This document shows, piece by piece, positions 12,751 to 23,719 of a DNA stretch of 64,000 bases (the stretch's first letter is position 1; each line of letters starts with the position of its first letter). The stretch is from Somniosus microcephalus. Taxonomy: Eukaryota. Position numbers and translations under genes: made by a program. The notes beneath the pieces are model-generated. The model saw only the letters and a program-made list of their open reading frames with translations. It had not been told where the DNA came from and made no database searches. Location: NCBI GenBank assembly GCA_052327205.1, contig JBMRGM010000037.1, positions 54,126,001 to 54,190,000 of the forward strand, given 5' to 3'.

Positions 12751-13739
12751 ATGAGATCGATTGTTACACTCTGTGCCTTTATTCTGCATTGTCCATGTAA
12801 GTACATCAGTCTTTTCCAGTGGTTAAGCAATTGGTTTATTAGTGTGAAATTGAAAGTAATCCCTTGAACAAGAAGCGAAGCATTAACGATTGCAAATTCC
12901 ACTAATGATAATCTACATCATCATTTAAGCTGAGTGCCGTTCTTTTTTATACTTCAGAATTCTAACAGTGTTAGATGTTTATTTTTAACCTTAGTTTTAT
13001 TTACACTACTTCAAACAGTAAATTTTCCCGAAGGAAATTAGACCTCTGCTTAAAAAGGAAATATTCGCAGGGCTATGGGGGAGGAGAAGGGGAGTGGGAT
13101 TAATTGGAAAGCTCTTTGAAAGAGCTGGCACAGTCACAATGGACCGATTAGTCTCCTCCCGTGATGTATGATTCTACGCGCAGGAATGCTCCGATTTCGA
13201 GAAGTATCTGCGGAAACATTTCGGGATTTTCTGTTGTGTCTTTCGCTTGGTTTACTGTAGAAATTGGGTGGCTGATTTCTACCTTGTGTGATAGCTGATT
13301 AACATTTATAATTACGTGCTATATGCTTCCGAATATCACGCAAATGCATTGGGACGCACAGGAGCTGTATTGAACCTGACTTCTCGTGATACTGCTACTT
13401 TAACCGAATTCCGAATCTTGTTTCCTGCTTCAGACTGTTGCCGGTGTGCTTTAGTGTCTCAATTTCCCAGAGACCTGACGGTGGGACGAGGTGACAGCGC
13501 AACATTCACCTGTTATCAGAACGACACCGACTATGCCTGGATGCACTGGTACCGCCAGTACCGAGGAGAAGGTCTCCAGCTTGTGGTGATGGACGTTTCT
13601 GGGAGCGAAGCGACTTTCGAGGAAGGTTTCAGGATGGGTTTCGAGGTCCTGCGACCTGACCTGAAAACGGGCCATCTGAAAATAACGAATGCCGGTACCG
13701 GCCATACGGCAGTGTATTACTGCTGCTCCAGTGATGGAG
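12751..13739 (+). CDS. TRBV: TCR beta V gene V3 (leader exon 12751-12796, V exon 13434-13739)
   Basis: Leader MRSIVTLCAFILHCP|gtaagt. V exon ..ATFTCYQ..MHWYRQ..HTAVYYCCSSDG. RSS: CACAGTG 13740-13746, 23 bp, ACAATAACC 13770-13778. TGACGCAA at 12638-12645. Confidence 0.92.
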
Positions 13740-14269
13740 CACAGTGCTTCAAACCCGTTCCACACTATGACAATAACCTCCCAGTGTTATTTCTGTCACT
13801 CGGTACTCCTCCCAGGGGCTGACTATTTCAATAATCTTTGTGTTTCTATGTCGGCTTGTTTCTGCTTCCAGCCTGTGCTTGTCATAGGATCATAGAAATT
13901 TACGTCACAGAAGGAGGCTCTTCGGCCCATCGTGTCCGTGCCAGCCGAAAAAGAGCTATCCAGCCTTATCCCATTTTTCAGCTCTTGGCCCGTGACCTTG
14001 CTGGTTATGGCACTACAAGTGCATAGCCAAGCACTTTTTAAATGCAATTAGTGTTTCAACCTCTACCACCCTTTCAGACAGTGAGTTCCAGACCCACACG
14101 GCCATCTGGGTGAAAAAAAGATCTCTTCAAAACCCCTCTAATCCGTATGCCAATTACTTTCAATCTATGCCACCTGGTTATTGACCTCTCTGACAAAGGA
14201 AATAGGTCCCTCCTATCCACTCTATCTATATTGAAAGAAATTGATAAAGATTTTCATTTATATATATAA

Positions 14270-14975
14270 AGCATTGCCATCACCGAATCCCCCACCATCA
14301 ACATCCAAGGGGTCAGCATTGAATAGAATCTTAACTGGACCAGCCACATAAATACTGTGGCAACTAGAGCAGGTCAGAGGCTGGGTATTCTGCGGCGAGA
14401 TGCTCACCCCCTGACTCCCCAAAGCCTTTCCAACATCGACAAGGCACAAATAAGGAGTGTGATGGAAGACCCTCCACTTGCCTGGATGAGTGCAGCTCCA
14501 ACAATATTCAAGAAGCTACACACCATCCAGGACAAAGCAGTCCACTTGATTGGCACCCCGTCCACCACCACAAATATTAACTCCCTCCACCTCCAGCATA
14601 CGGTGACTGCAGTGTGTACCATCTACCAGATGCACTGCAGCAACTCGCCAAGGCTCCTTTGGCAGCACCTCCCAAACTCGCGAACTCTTCCACCTGGAAG
14701 GACAAGTGCAGCAGGCGCATGGAAACACCATCACCTCCAGGAACCCCTCCAAGCCACACACGACCCTGACTTGGAAGTATATCGGCCGATCTTTCATCGT
14801 CGCTGGGTCAAAATTCTGGAACTCCCTCCCGAACAGCACTGTGGGAGTACCTTCTCCACACGGACTGCAGCTGTTCAAGAAGGTGGCTAACCACCACTTT
14901 CTCAAGGGGCAATTAGGGATTTGCAATAAATGCTGGCCTTGCCAGCGATGGCACATCCCTTAAACGAATAAAATA
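14270..14975 (+). mobile_element. 3' fragment of a second non-LTR retrotransposon family (CR1/L2 group); duplicated at ~24250-24945 and ~30280-32830
   Basis: RT C-terminal remnant 'ATRAGQRLGILRR..LTPQSLS..KAQIRSVME..PLAWM..KKL.TIQDKA' plus a shared 3' end 'gggcaattaggga..caataaatgctggccttgccagcg'. Confidence 0.7.
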
Positions 14976-17900
14976 ACAACGCTTTTAACGACCACTGAAC
15001 GTCTCGAAGTGATTTACAGCCAATGATGTACTATTTTAAATGTAGTCATTATTTTAAGGTACAAAACGCGGCAGCCAAATTGCGCACAGCAAGCTGCCAC
15101 AAACAGCAATGTGATAAGATTCAGGTAATCTGTTTTAGTGATGTTGATTGAGGGATAAATATTGGCCAGGGCACCGGGGATTAATCCCTTGCCTTTCCAC
15201 GAGATAGTGCCATGGAACATTTTATGTCCATCTTCGGTTTAACATCTCATCTAAAAGATGGCAGCTCCGGTGGTGCAGCACTCCCTCAGCACTACACTGG
15301 AATGTCAGTCTAGACTTTGTTGCTCAAGTGTCTGGAGTGGGATTTGAACACAGGCACCTTAAAATGTTATTCATTAAATGCTTAATTAGACAAATGGGTG
15401 GATCGAGACAGACAGACAGAAAGATAGATAGCTAGACAGATAGATAGATACTAACATCGTAGAATATTATCCCATAACGTTTGATCTCACCTTAATTATT
15501 TCCGGAGTATTGTAATTGTTTTCGCAATCTTGATCATCTGTTTAACTGTTGAAACCAAAATCCTGCTAATTAACCTATCATCGCCCTTCGTAATTATGAT
15601 GACCTCTATTGCTCGAAAGTTCTCTTTTCTAAAGCGCTAAATTATCCATTCTGTTTTCATCAATGTAGACCGATATCCATAGTCACAACTTAGTGAATCA
15701 TGACTGCATTTTCTCCATTGCTATTCGACCCTCCTAAAATGAACGGCCCCATAAGTGTTTGCAATTCACGTACTGGGGCCTAGCCAAGGCACCATAAAAA
15801 CTCCCAGAAACTGGAGTCCAATTTTATGCTTTAATATTGCATAAATAGTGGAGGATCCAACAAGTTGACAGAGACGTACACTAGTGTCAGGATGAACATG
15901 AGGTATAAGATTTTGTCAGCTTGTCTCAGCTTTCCGTTCCCAGAATTAATATAGACGTACAACCCTGCCTAAAGCCGTCAGAAACGGATTGCTTTGTGAA
16001 AATGCATTACCATAATGCATGTGTTTCCGTCATTCCGTAATTCAATTTCAGTGTTTCTTTCTCTCTCTTTCGGGAAAAGAAAGAAAAGAAGAAAGAAAGA
16101 ACGAGGAAATAAAGGATGAAATAAGGTAAGAGAGTCAAAGAGCGAAGGAAGGAAAGAAAGATAGAAGGATGGAAAGAAAGAGTGAAAGAGAGAAGAAGTA
16201 AAAGNNNNNNNNNNNNNNNNNNNNNNNNNNNNNNNNNNNNNNNNNNNNNNNNNNNNNNNNNNNNNNNNNNNNNNNNNNNNNNNNNNNNNNNNNNNNNNNN
16301 NNNNNNNNNNNNNNNNNNNNNNNNNNNNNNNNNNNNNNNNNAGTGCAAGGAAGGAAGAGCGAAAGAAAGAGTGAAAGAGGGAAACAAAGAAAGAGAGATA
16401 GAAAGAAAGAGAGAAAGAAAGAAAGGAAAAGAGATAAAAAGAAAGAAAGAAAGAATGAAAGAAAGAGATAAAGAAAGGACGGAAGAAAGAAAGAAGGAAT
16501 GATCTCCTCGGGATTATCCCAAACGTCCGTCTTTGACCTCTTCTAATCCCTCAAAACCTTACCCATAAAGCATGATGCCCCTCAAACCCATTATATATAA
16601 ACATGGTTCTTGATTCCATTTGCATGTGTTGAACCTCGCTTCTACATCTTTATCAATAGCTTCAAGAATATCACTGTGCAAGCAAATATCTTGTCTGGCA
16701 TACGGTGGTGTAGTGTTTGTATTACAACTGTAACATTCTAGCAGTCTTTAACCAATAATCTGTAGTTTAAATGCCGCCACGGCAGTGTGTGAATTTTAAT
16801 TCCATTATTTAAAAACCTCCCATACCCACGACACCCAGCACCTAGCAGACGCATAGGGAACGCCTTCCCCTCCAAGTTCCCCTCCAATTCACACACCAAC
16901 CTGGCTTGGAAATAAACCATCGTTCCTTCATCGTTGCTGGGTCAAAATCCTGGAACTCCCTCCTGAACAGCACTGTGGGAGTACCGTCACCACACAGACT
17001 GCAGCGGTTCAAGATGGCGGCTCAACACCACCATCAAGGGCAATTAGGGAGGGACAATGAATGCTGGCCTTGCCAGCGACGCCCACATTCTCAGAATAGA
17101 TTAATCACATTAACGAGTTCTTTATAAAAGGATTTGAGAGCGTAGATGTGGAGAAAATGTCTCCAATTCTGAAGTTGTCTAAAAATAGGTTCCATTAAAG
17201 TAACATAGTCACCTATAAATCCAGTAGGGCTTTCAGGAGAAAATTATTTACTCAGAGAGCGGTTTGAATGTGGAACTCGCTCCCACATGGAGTAGTGGAG
17301 GCGATAGCATAGATGCATTTTAGCAAAATCTAAAAATGCACATGAGGGAGAAAGGAATAAAATAATCTGCTGAGAGGGTTAGATGATAAGGGGTGGGTGA
17401 AGTCCGGTGTGGAGCATAAACGCCGGCTTAGACCCGTTGGGCCGAATGGCTTGTTTGTGTGCTGTTAGTTCTTTGGGATTCGATGTAACGAGCAACTTAC
17501 CTGACTCTCGCACTGATATTTCCCTGACGAATGTATTCATCGTCATAGAGTGACTTGGTCATAAAGGCACAGAAGGAGAACATTCGTCCCATCGAACCTC
17601 TGCTGGCTCTTTGCAGAGCAATCCAGTCAGTCCCATTCCCCCGCTCTATCCCCGTAGCCTTGCAAGTTTATTTCCCTCAAGTGCCTATCCAGTCACCCCT
17701 TGAAAACACTGAGGCCTAGAAATTCATTATAGCCACTTTTGGGGCGGTAAAGTCGGGCGGCCGCTAAAGTTTGCGCCCGGCGCAAATTCGAGGCCACTTC
17801 GTTGATATTCATTAGCTTCGCCTTAAGAGTTTGCTCGAGCGCTAAAACTGGCGATGCACGGCTCTCTTTAGGCGCTAAGCCGGAGGTGCTGAGCGATACC

Positions 17901-18073
17901 GCCAAGGACGGGCACAGCGCAGGTGCGGCCATTTCTTGATTGACAGCAGACACCCTGGCGCCGGCCAGCTCTTAAGGGGGAAGGGTCGACTTGGTCGGCT
18001 GCCACGCCCTGCATACTAGAGCCCTCCAGCTAGGCCTGAACACTGCTGCTGGACCCATATAGCGCCTCAAAGT

Positions 18074-19978
18074 ATGGAGAAGGCCCGTGAACGAGCGCAG
18101 CGCTTCTCAGAGCTTGATCTGAGGGTGCTGGTTAGCGCTGTGGAGAAGAGACGCCATATTTTGTTCCCAGACAATGGGAGGAAGCCGCCGACCCGCGTCT
18201 ACCGGAGAGCCTGGAGGCATGTCGCCACCAGGGTGTCATCGAACAGTGAGGTCCCCAGGAGTGCAGTAGAATGCTGCAAGAAACTAAATGACCTCGCCAG
18301 GATTGTCAGGGTGAGTACCCTTTCCAGTGTCCTCCTCATCCTTGCATGTGCACCTCACATTATGGGCAAAGGGACCTGAAAGCCCTAATGGCCAGCCCTC
18401 ATGCAGCAGCTATGGGTCAGTCATGAACATCAATTGCACATTGTACACTTAACACACTGGCCAGGCTATTCGACCATGGGAGGCAGTGCACACAAGATCA
18501 GGGCTACAGACTGGCCAGGCTATTCGACCATGGGAGGCAGTGCACACAAGATCAGGGCTACACACTGGCCAGGCTATTCGTCCATGGGAGGCAGTGCACA
18601 CAAGATCAGGGCTACAGACTGGCCAGGCTATTCGACCATGGGAGGCAATGCACACAAGATCAGGGCTACACACTGTACTTAGAGGCCGTCCTTTCTCTTG
18701 CAGGCCAAGCTGGCCAATAATAAGAGGAGCCGGACTGTGACTGGGGGAGGCGGACCCCAGATCCAGCCGCTCACCGAGCTGCAGCAGCGCATGGAGCACA
18801 TCATGGGTGCCCGGGTGATTGGCCCCGTTGCATCTGGAGATGCCGACCCTGTTCTGGGCACCAATGGTAAGGACATCATTTTTTGGACCTCTCTCGTCCC
18901 ACTTGCGCATCAGATCTACATCCTTTGCCACTGTCTGACCAATGCGCTGAATGCCACCACTCATGCATCCCTCGCTGACGCCCTCTCCTCACTCTAAAGC
19001 TATTCTTGTGCCTTCCTGCTTTCAGATGGTGAGGAGGAGGTCCCTGAAGTTGCCACTGACAGCCCCTCAGAAGAGGAGGAGGAGGAGGAGCAAGAGAAAG
19101 GCGGCCTATCAGGGAAACCCTCAGCCGCGGCAAGCCATGCCACTGTAGGGGAGAAGTCTTCCCTGGAGGGGAGCGTGGGGGAAGGGTTGGAGGGGAGTCC
19201 AATTGCTGGGCCCAGCGGCGTCCAGCAACGCAGGAAGGGTCGGGCAGTTCGGCGGCCTTCTCCCCAGCGGGAGAGTCCGGCCTCCAGTCCGGGGACGGTC
19301 AACGCCGAGGAGATGTGTCGCCTCGATGACATGTCCGCGGACTCGGAGCGCCGGCACACGGAGCTCGTGGGGGTAGTAGGACGGATGCCTGAGGCCATGC
19401 AGTCCCTGTCTCGGAGTGTCACCGAATTCGGGGCCTCTGTGGGAGTGACTGGCCAGGTGATCAGTGGTGCCGTGCAGTCACTGGCTGCTCTGATGCGGTC
19501 ACAGAACAGGGCAACATGGGCACTCACTGCTGCCACACTCGCTGTGTCAGCCCGGCATCGCCAGGGCACCAGGCACGCTGCAGCAGCACAGCGGTCTGTC
19601 CCTCGGCAGATTGCTGTGCATGCTGCAGCGTTGGCCCGGCCGAGTGCCAGTGTCCCAGGCGACCAGCGAGCACCTGCCATCCGCCAGCTAGCCCCCATTG
19701 CTCCAGCCGCCACTGCCACTCCCCCAGTGGAGCTGCCACGAGCTGCTGCAGCGACTGATGCTGGCCAGCCACAGCTGCAGCATTCACCAGCCGGCCCCTC
19801 GAGGGCCAGACCTCGTCTAGGCCGACCCCCAAGTGCATCTGCCGTCATGACATGTGCCCCTCAGGAGCCATCCCCCAGCCTTGCAGCAGCCACTGGCCTC
19901 ACTTTGAGGAGGAGCAGCAGGGCGTCCAGGGTCCGGCAAAGTTTGCAGAAGGCATCGCCCTCGCGGGACACAAAGTAG
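18074..19978 (+). CDS. Harbinger Myb/SANT-like DNA-binding protein, 3 exons (18074-18310, 18704-18866, 19026-19978; ~450 aa)
   Basis: N-terminal 'RAQRFSELDLRVLVSAV..RRHILF..RRAWRHVA..VS..RSAVECCKKLNDL' trihelix/Myb-like domain, then 'RTVTGGG', an acidic tract and a low-complexity tail. Canonical GT-AG introns join the exons in frame (1353 nt). Confidence 0.85.
18453..18675 (+). repeat. 4 x 54-bp tandem repeat in intron 1 of the Harbinger Myb gene
   Basis: Unit starts 'ctggccaggctattcg' at 18457, 18511, 18565 and 18619. Confidence 0.95.
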
Positions 19979-20294
19979 AGGGTGTGTCCAAATGTTGTGT
20001 TTTTTGGTATGTTTGTTTTTTGAAGGCCGAGGATGCGGCCATTTTTGTTGACATCTTTTGTTAATCCTCCCCAGGTTGTGGGAGTGGGTCATGTGTGTGA
20101 GTGTTTTTTGGGGGTTTCATGTGTTATTGGTTTTCATGTGGGAAGGGCCCTGAGTTTGTACAATAAACCATTTTATTTATTCGCATTGCCCATGTTTGAT
20201 CTTTGAAGTGTTTGTTGCCTTAACCGGCTGAGGGCTTGCGGAGCAGCTGCAATCATGTTCTTTCATTGGCACAAGCCATTCCCTGACAGGGGGC

Positions 20295-21439
20295 CTAGAA
20301 GTGACGTTCAATAAGCCGCTGACGGGCGGCCCTTGGACCTTCTGCCTCCCTCCTGGGCTGGTACTCCTCGTCCTCCTCCTCCTCATGCTCCTCCTGCTCC
20401 TCCTCCTGAGGTGGTGGTCCAACGTGAGGTGGCAGTGCCTGAGTCCTGCGGATAGCCAGGTTGTGCAGCATGCAGCAAACGACGACGAATTGGGAGACTC
20501 GCTCCTGCAAATACTGGAGGGCACCCCCGGAGCGATCTAGAAAGTGGAACCGTTGCTTCAGGACGCCGATTGTTTGTTCGATGAGGTTCCTGGTCGGTTG
20601 ATGGCTCTCGTTGTATGCCTCTTCAGCAGGGTCATGGGCGCGCGGAGCGGGGTCATGAGCCAGGTACACAAAGGATAGCCTTTGTCCCCGATAAGCCATC
20701 CTCTTGGGTGAAGCTGTGCCTGGAACATGTCAGCCACAGTTGTCTGTCGCAGGATAAAGGCATCGTGGCTGCTGTCTGGAAAGCGGGCATTGACAGCTAG
20801 GATGTGCTGCCTGTGGTCACACACCAGCTGTACGTTGAGGGAATGGTAGCCCTTCCGGTTGCGGTAATCCTCGGCATGCTCCAGAGGTGCCCGCAAAGCC
20901 ACATGCGTGCAGTCAATGGCGCCCTGCACCATGGGGAAGCCCGCTATTCTTGCAAATCCCACTGCACGCTGCTGCTGCTTGTCCAGGGTCATGGGGAAGG
21001 AGATGAATTGACGTCTCCTTCTGAAAAGGGCATTGGTCACCTGGTGGATGCAGCAATGCACGGCAAACTGGGAGATGTTAGCGATGTCCCCAGCAGTGGA
21101 TTGGAAGGAGCCGGTGGCATAGAAGTTGAGAGCCACTGTCACCTTCACTGCCACCGACAGAGACGTCCTGCACATCAGCTGTGGACGCAGATCTCTGTGA
21201 AGCAGCTGGCAGATGTCTGCAACCACCTCCCTTCTGAATCGCAGCCTCCTAACACACTGCGCGGCAGACATGTTGAGATAGGAGAACTGCTGGCAGTATA
21301 CCCTGGGTGGGTAAGGCCTCACTTGGCGACGCCTGTTGCCCCCTCTGCATCTAGCCAGGGCTGCCACTCTCTCATGGCGTCTGTAAGCCCTTCCGACATA
21401 AGGCTGAAACTCAGCGTTGGCACCCAATGCAGCCCCCAT
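20295..21439 (-). pseudogene. Harbinger (HARBI1-like) DDE transposase with one apparent 1-nt frameshift at ~20629-20631
   Basis: Motifs GAIDCTHV, NRKGYHSLNVQLVCD, SHDAFIL and GDKGY in ORF 21439-20558. The rest (EEAYNESH..TRNLIEQTIGVLKQRF..CCMLHN) is in ORF 20699-20295. One extra C joins them into ~381 aa. TATA-like TATAAAG on the minus strand at 21607-21613. Confidence 0.9.
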
Positions 21440-22735
21440 AATATGCTGGCAAACACTGAGATCTCAATGAAGGCAAAGATAATTGCAAAGCTCTGGCCTG
21501 AAGCCAAAAAGACCTGTCCTAGTGTTGGGCCAAAGCAGTAAGCTCTCTTCCTTGGTCTCTCTCCAAAAATCCGTTGCACAAGACTGCATGCTGCAAAATG
21601 GCTACCCTTTATAGTGCAGGGTAAGTGCCCTTTAATTTGCGCTCCCCGCGGCCCGCCTCGGCTGTGTACCGTTCCACTTCACAGTCGTTAGGGCCGCCCG
21701 GCGCACAATGGGGCGGCACGAGTGAAGTTCCGGTTCCAGGCGCACAAAGGGCGTTGCACGACAAAATGACGCCATGATCTGCGCGCACAGCTGAGCACGC
21801 GCAAAGACTTTGCGCCAGCGCTAAATGCCTACTGATGTTGGGGCGAGGCGCAGATCGTGATGCGCCCGGGCGCTAAGCGCCTAGCGCTCGAGATCTGCTC
21901 CTCCTAAGGCGCTAACGCCTGGTGCAGCCAACTGAATTTCTAGGCCTGAGTGTCTCCGCTTCCACCACTTCCGTCGGCAGCGAGATCCAGGTCCTCACCA
22001 CTCGCTGCGTAAAAAAGTTTTTCCTCACAACCCCCCTGTATCGCTTGCCCAAAACCTTGAGTCAGTTTCCCCTAGTCCTTGCACAACCAACTAGTGGGAA
22101 CAGCCTTTCCCCGACTAGCCTCCCCAAACCCGTCATAATCTTGTACACCTCTATCAAATCTCCCCTCAACCTCCTTTGCTCTAATGAAACTAAATACAGC
22201 TTCTCAAACTGTCCTTGTAGCAAAGATCCCCCATCCCCGGAACCATTCTGGTAAATCTCCTTGGCACCCAGGGAATTCATAACCTTGAGCGCTGACCAGA
22301 ACTGCACGCAATATTTCACTTGTGGCCTAATCAGCGCTTATAAAGATTCAGCATAACTTCTCTATGTTTCTAATCAATACCTCTATTTATGAAGACTAAA
22401 CTCCCATATGCATTGCTAATCACTCTCACAATATATCCCGCCCCTTCAGGGATCTATGCACATTAACTCCCAGGTCCCGCTGTCTCTGCACACCTTTTAA
22501 AACTGTGCCATGAAGTGTATATTGCCTCTCCGTGTTCCTTCTGTCAAAATGCATCACCTCACACTTTTCTGTATTAAATTCATTCTACACCCGGTGTTAA
22601 GTATTATTGGTTGAGAATGCTATGACGCAATTTCCTCCCAGCGCCCTTCATTTGAAACGTGACTTGATGCAGACTTCAACATTTGCGCTTTATATTTCGA
22701 TCCTGTAACTATATATGTGTGTATGGAAAACTAAA

Positions 22736-23719
22736 ATGAGATCGATTGCTACACTCTGTGCCTTTATCATGCATTGTCCATGTAAGTATATCAGTCTTTT
22801 CTACTGGTTAAGCAATTGGTTTACTGGGTGTAAAATTAAAAGTAATTCCTTGAACAAGAAGTGCAGCATTAACGATTACAAATTCCACTAATGACAAGCT
22901 GCATCATCATTTAAGCTGAGTGCCGTTCTTTTTTATACTTCAGTATTCTAACAGTGATAGATGTTTATTTTTAACCTCAGTTATATTTACACCATTTGAC
23001 AACAGTAAATTTTCCGGATGGAAATTAGACCTCTACTTAAAAAGGAAACATTCGCTGGGCTATGTGGGAGGTGCAGCGGAACGGGATTAATTGGAAAGCT
23101 CTTTCAAAGAGCCGGCAAAGTCACAATGGGCCGATTGGCCTCCTTCTATCATTTTATGCCCAGGAATGCTGCCATTTCGGGAAGTACCGGCGGAAACATT
23201 TCGGGATTTTCTGCTGTGTCTTTCGCTTGGTTTATTGTAGAAATGGAATGGCGTGTTTCTACCTTGTGTGATAGCTGATGAACAATTATAATTACTTGCT
23301 ATATGATTCCGAAAATCATGCAAATACATTTCAATGCACTGGAGATGTATTGAACCTGAATTCTCGTGATATTGCTACTTTAATTGAGTCCTGAATCTTG
23401 CTTCCCGCTTCAGACAGTTGCCGGAGTGCTTTAGTGTCTCAATTTCCCAGAGAACTGACGGTGGGAGGAGGGGACAGCGCAGCGTTCGCCTGTTATCAGA
23501 ACGACACCGAGTATGTCACGATGCTCTGGTACCACCAGTACCGAGGAGAAGGTCTCCAGCTTGTGGTAATGGACGTGTCTGGGAGCAAAGCAACTTTCGA
23601 GGAAGGATTCAGGATGGGTTTCGAGGTCCTGAGACCCGACCTGAAAACGTGCCATCTGAAAATACCGACTGCCGGTACCAGCCATACGGCAGTGTATTAT
23701 TGCAGTGCAATTGATGGAG
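22736..23719 (+). CDS. TRBV: TCR beta V gene V4 (leader exon 22736-22781, V exon 23414-23719)
   Basis: Leader MRSIATLCAFIMHCP. V exon ..FACYQ..MLWYHQ..HTAVYYCSAIDG. RSS: CACAGTG 23720-23726, 23 bp, ACACTAACC 23750-23758. Confidence 0.9.

Larger units (their letters stand above)
17713..21946. mobile_element. Full-length PIF/Harbinger DNA transposon (4234 bp)
   Basis: Perfect 14-bp TIRs GGCCTAGAAATTCA (17713-17726) / TGAATTTCTAGGCC (21933-21946). 3-bp TSD TGA at 17710-17712 and 21947-21949. Empty sites in the paralogous copies (11953-11955, 28167-28169). Encodes a transposase and a Myb/SANT protein. Confidence 0.96.

Noticed and set aside
19000-19848. 282-aa minus-strand ORF
   Set aside because: Antisense shadow of GC-rich exon 3 of the Harbinger Myb gene.
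20295-21439. Domesticated HARBI1 gene or a RAG-like transposon
   Set aside because: Flanked by TIRs and a TSD with empty paralogous sites, so it is a mobile copy. The motifs are Harbinger, not Transib/RAG, and the TIRs do not start with CAC.
20804-21541. 245-aa plus-strand ORF
   Set aside because: Antisense shadow of the transposase.
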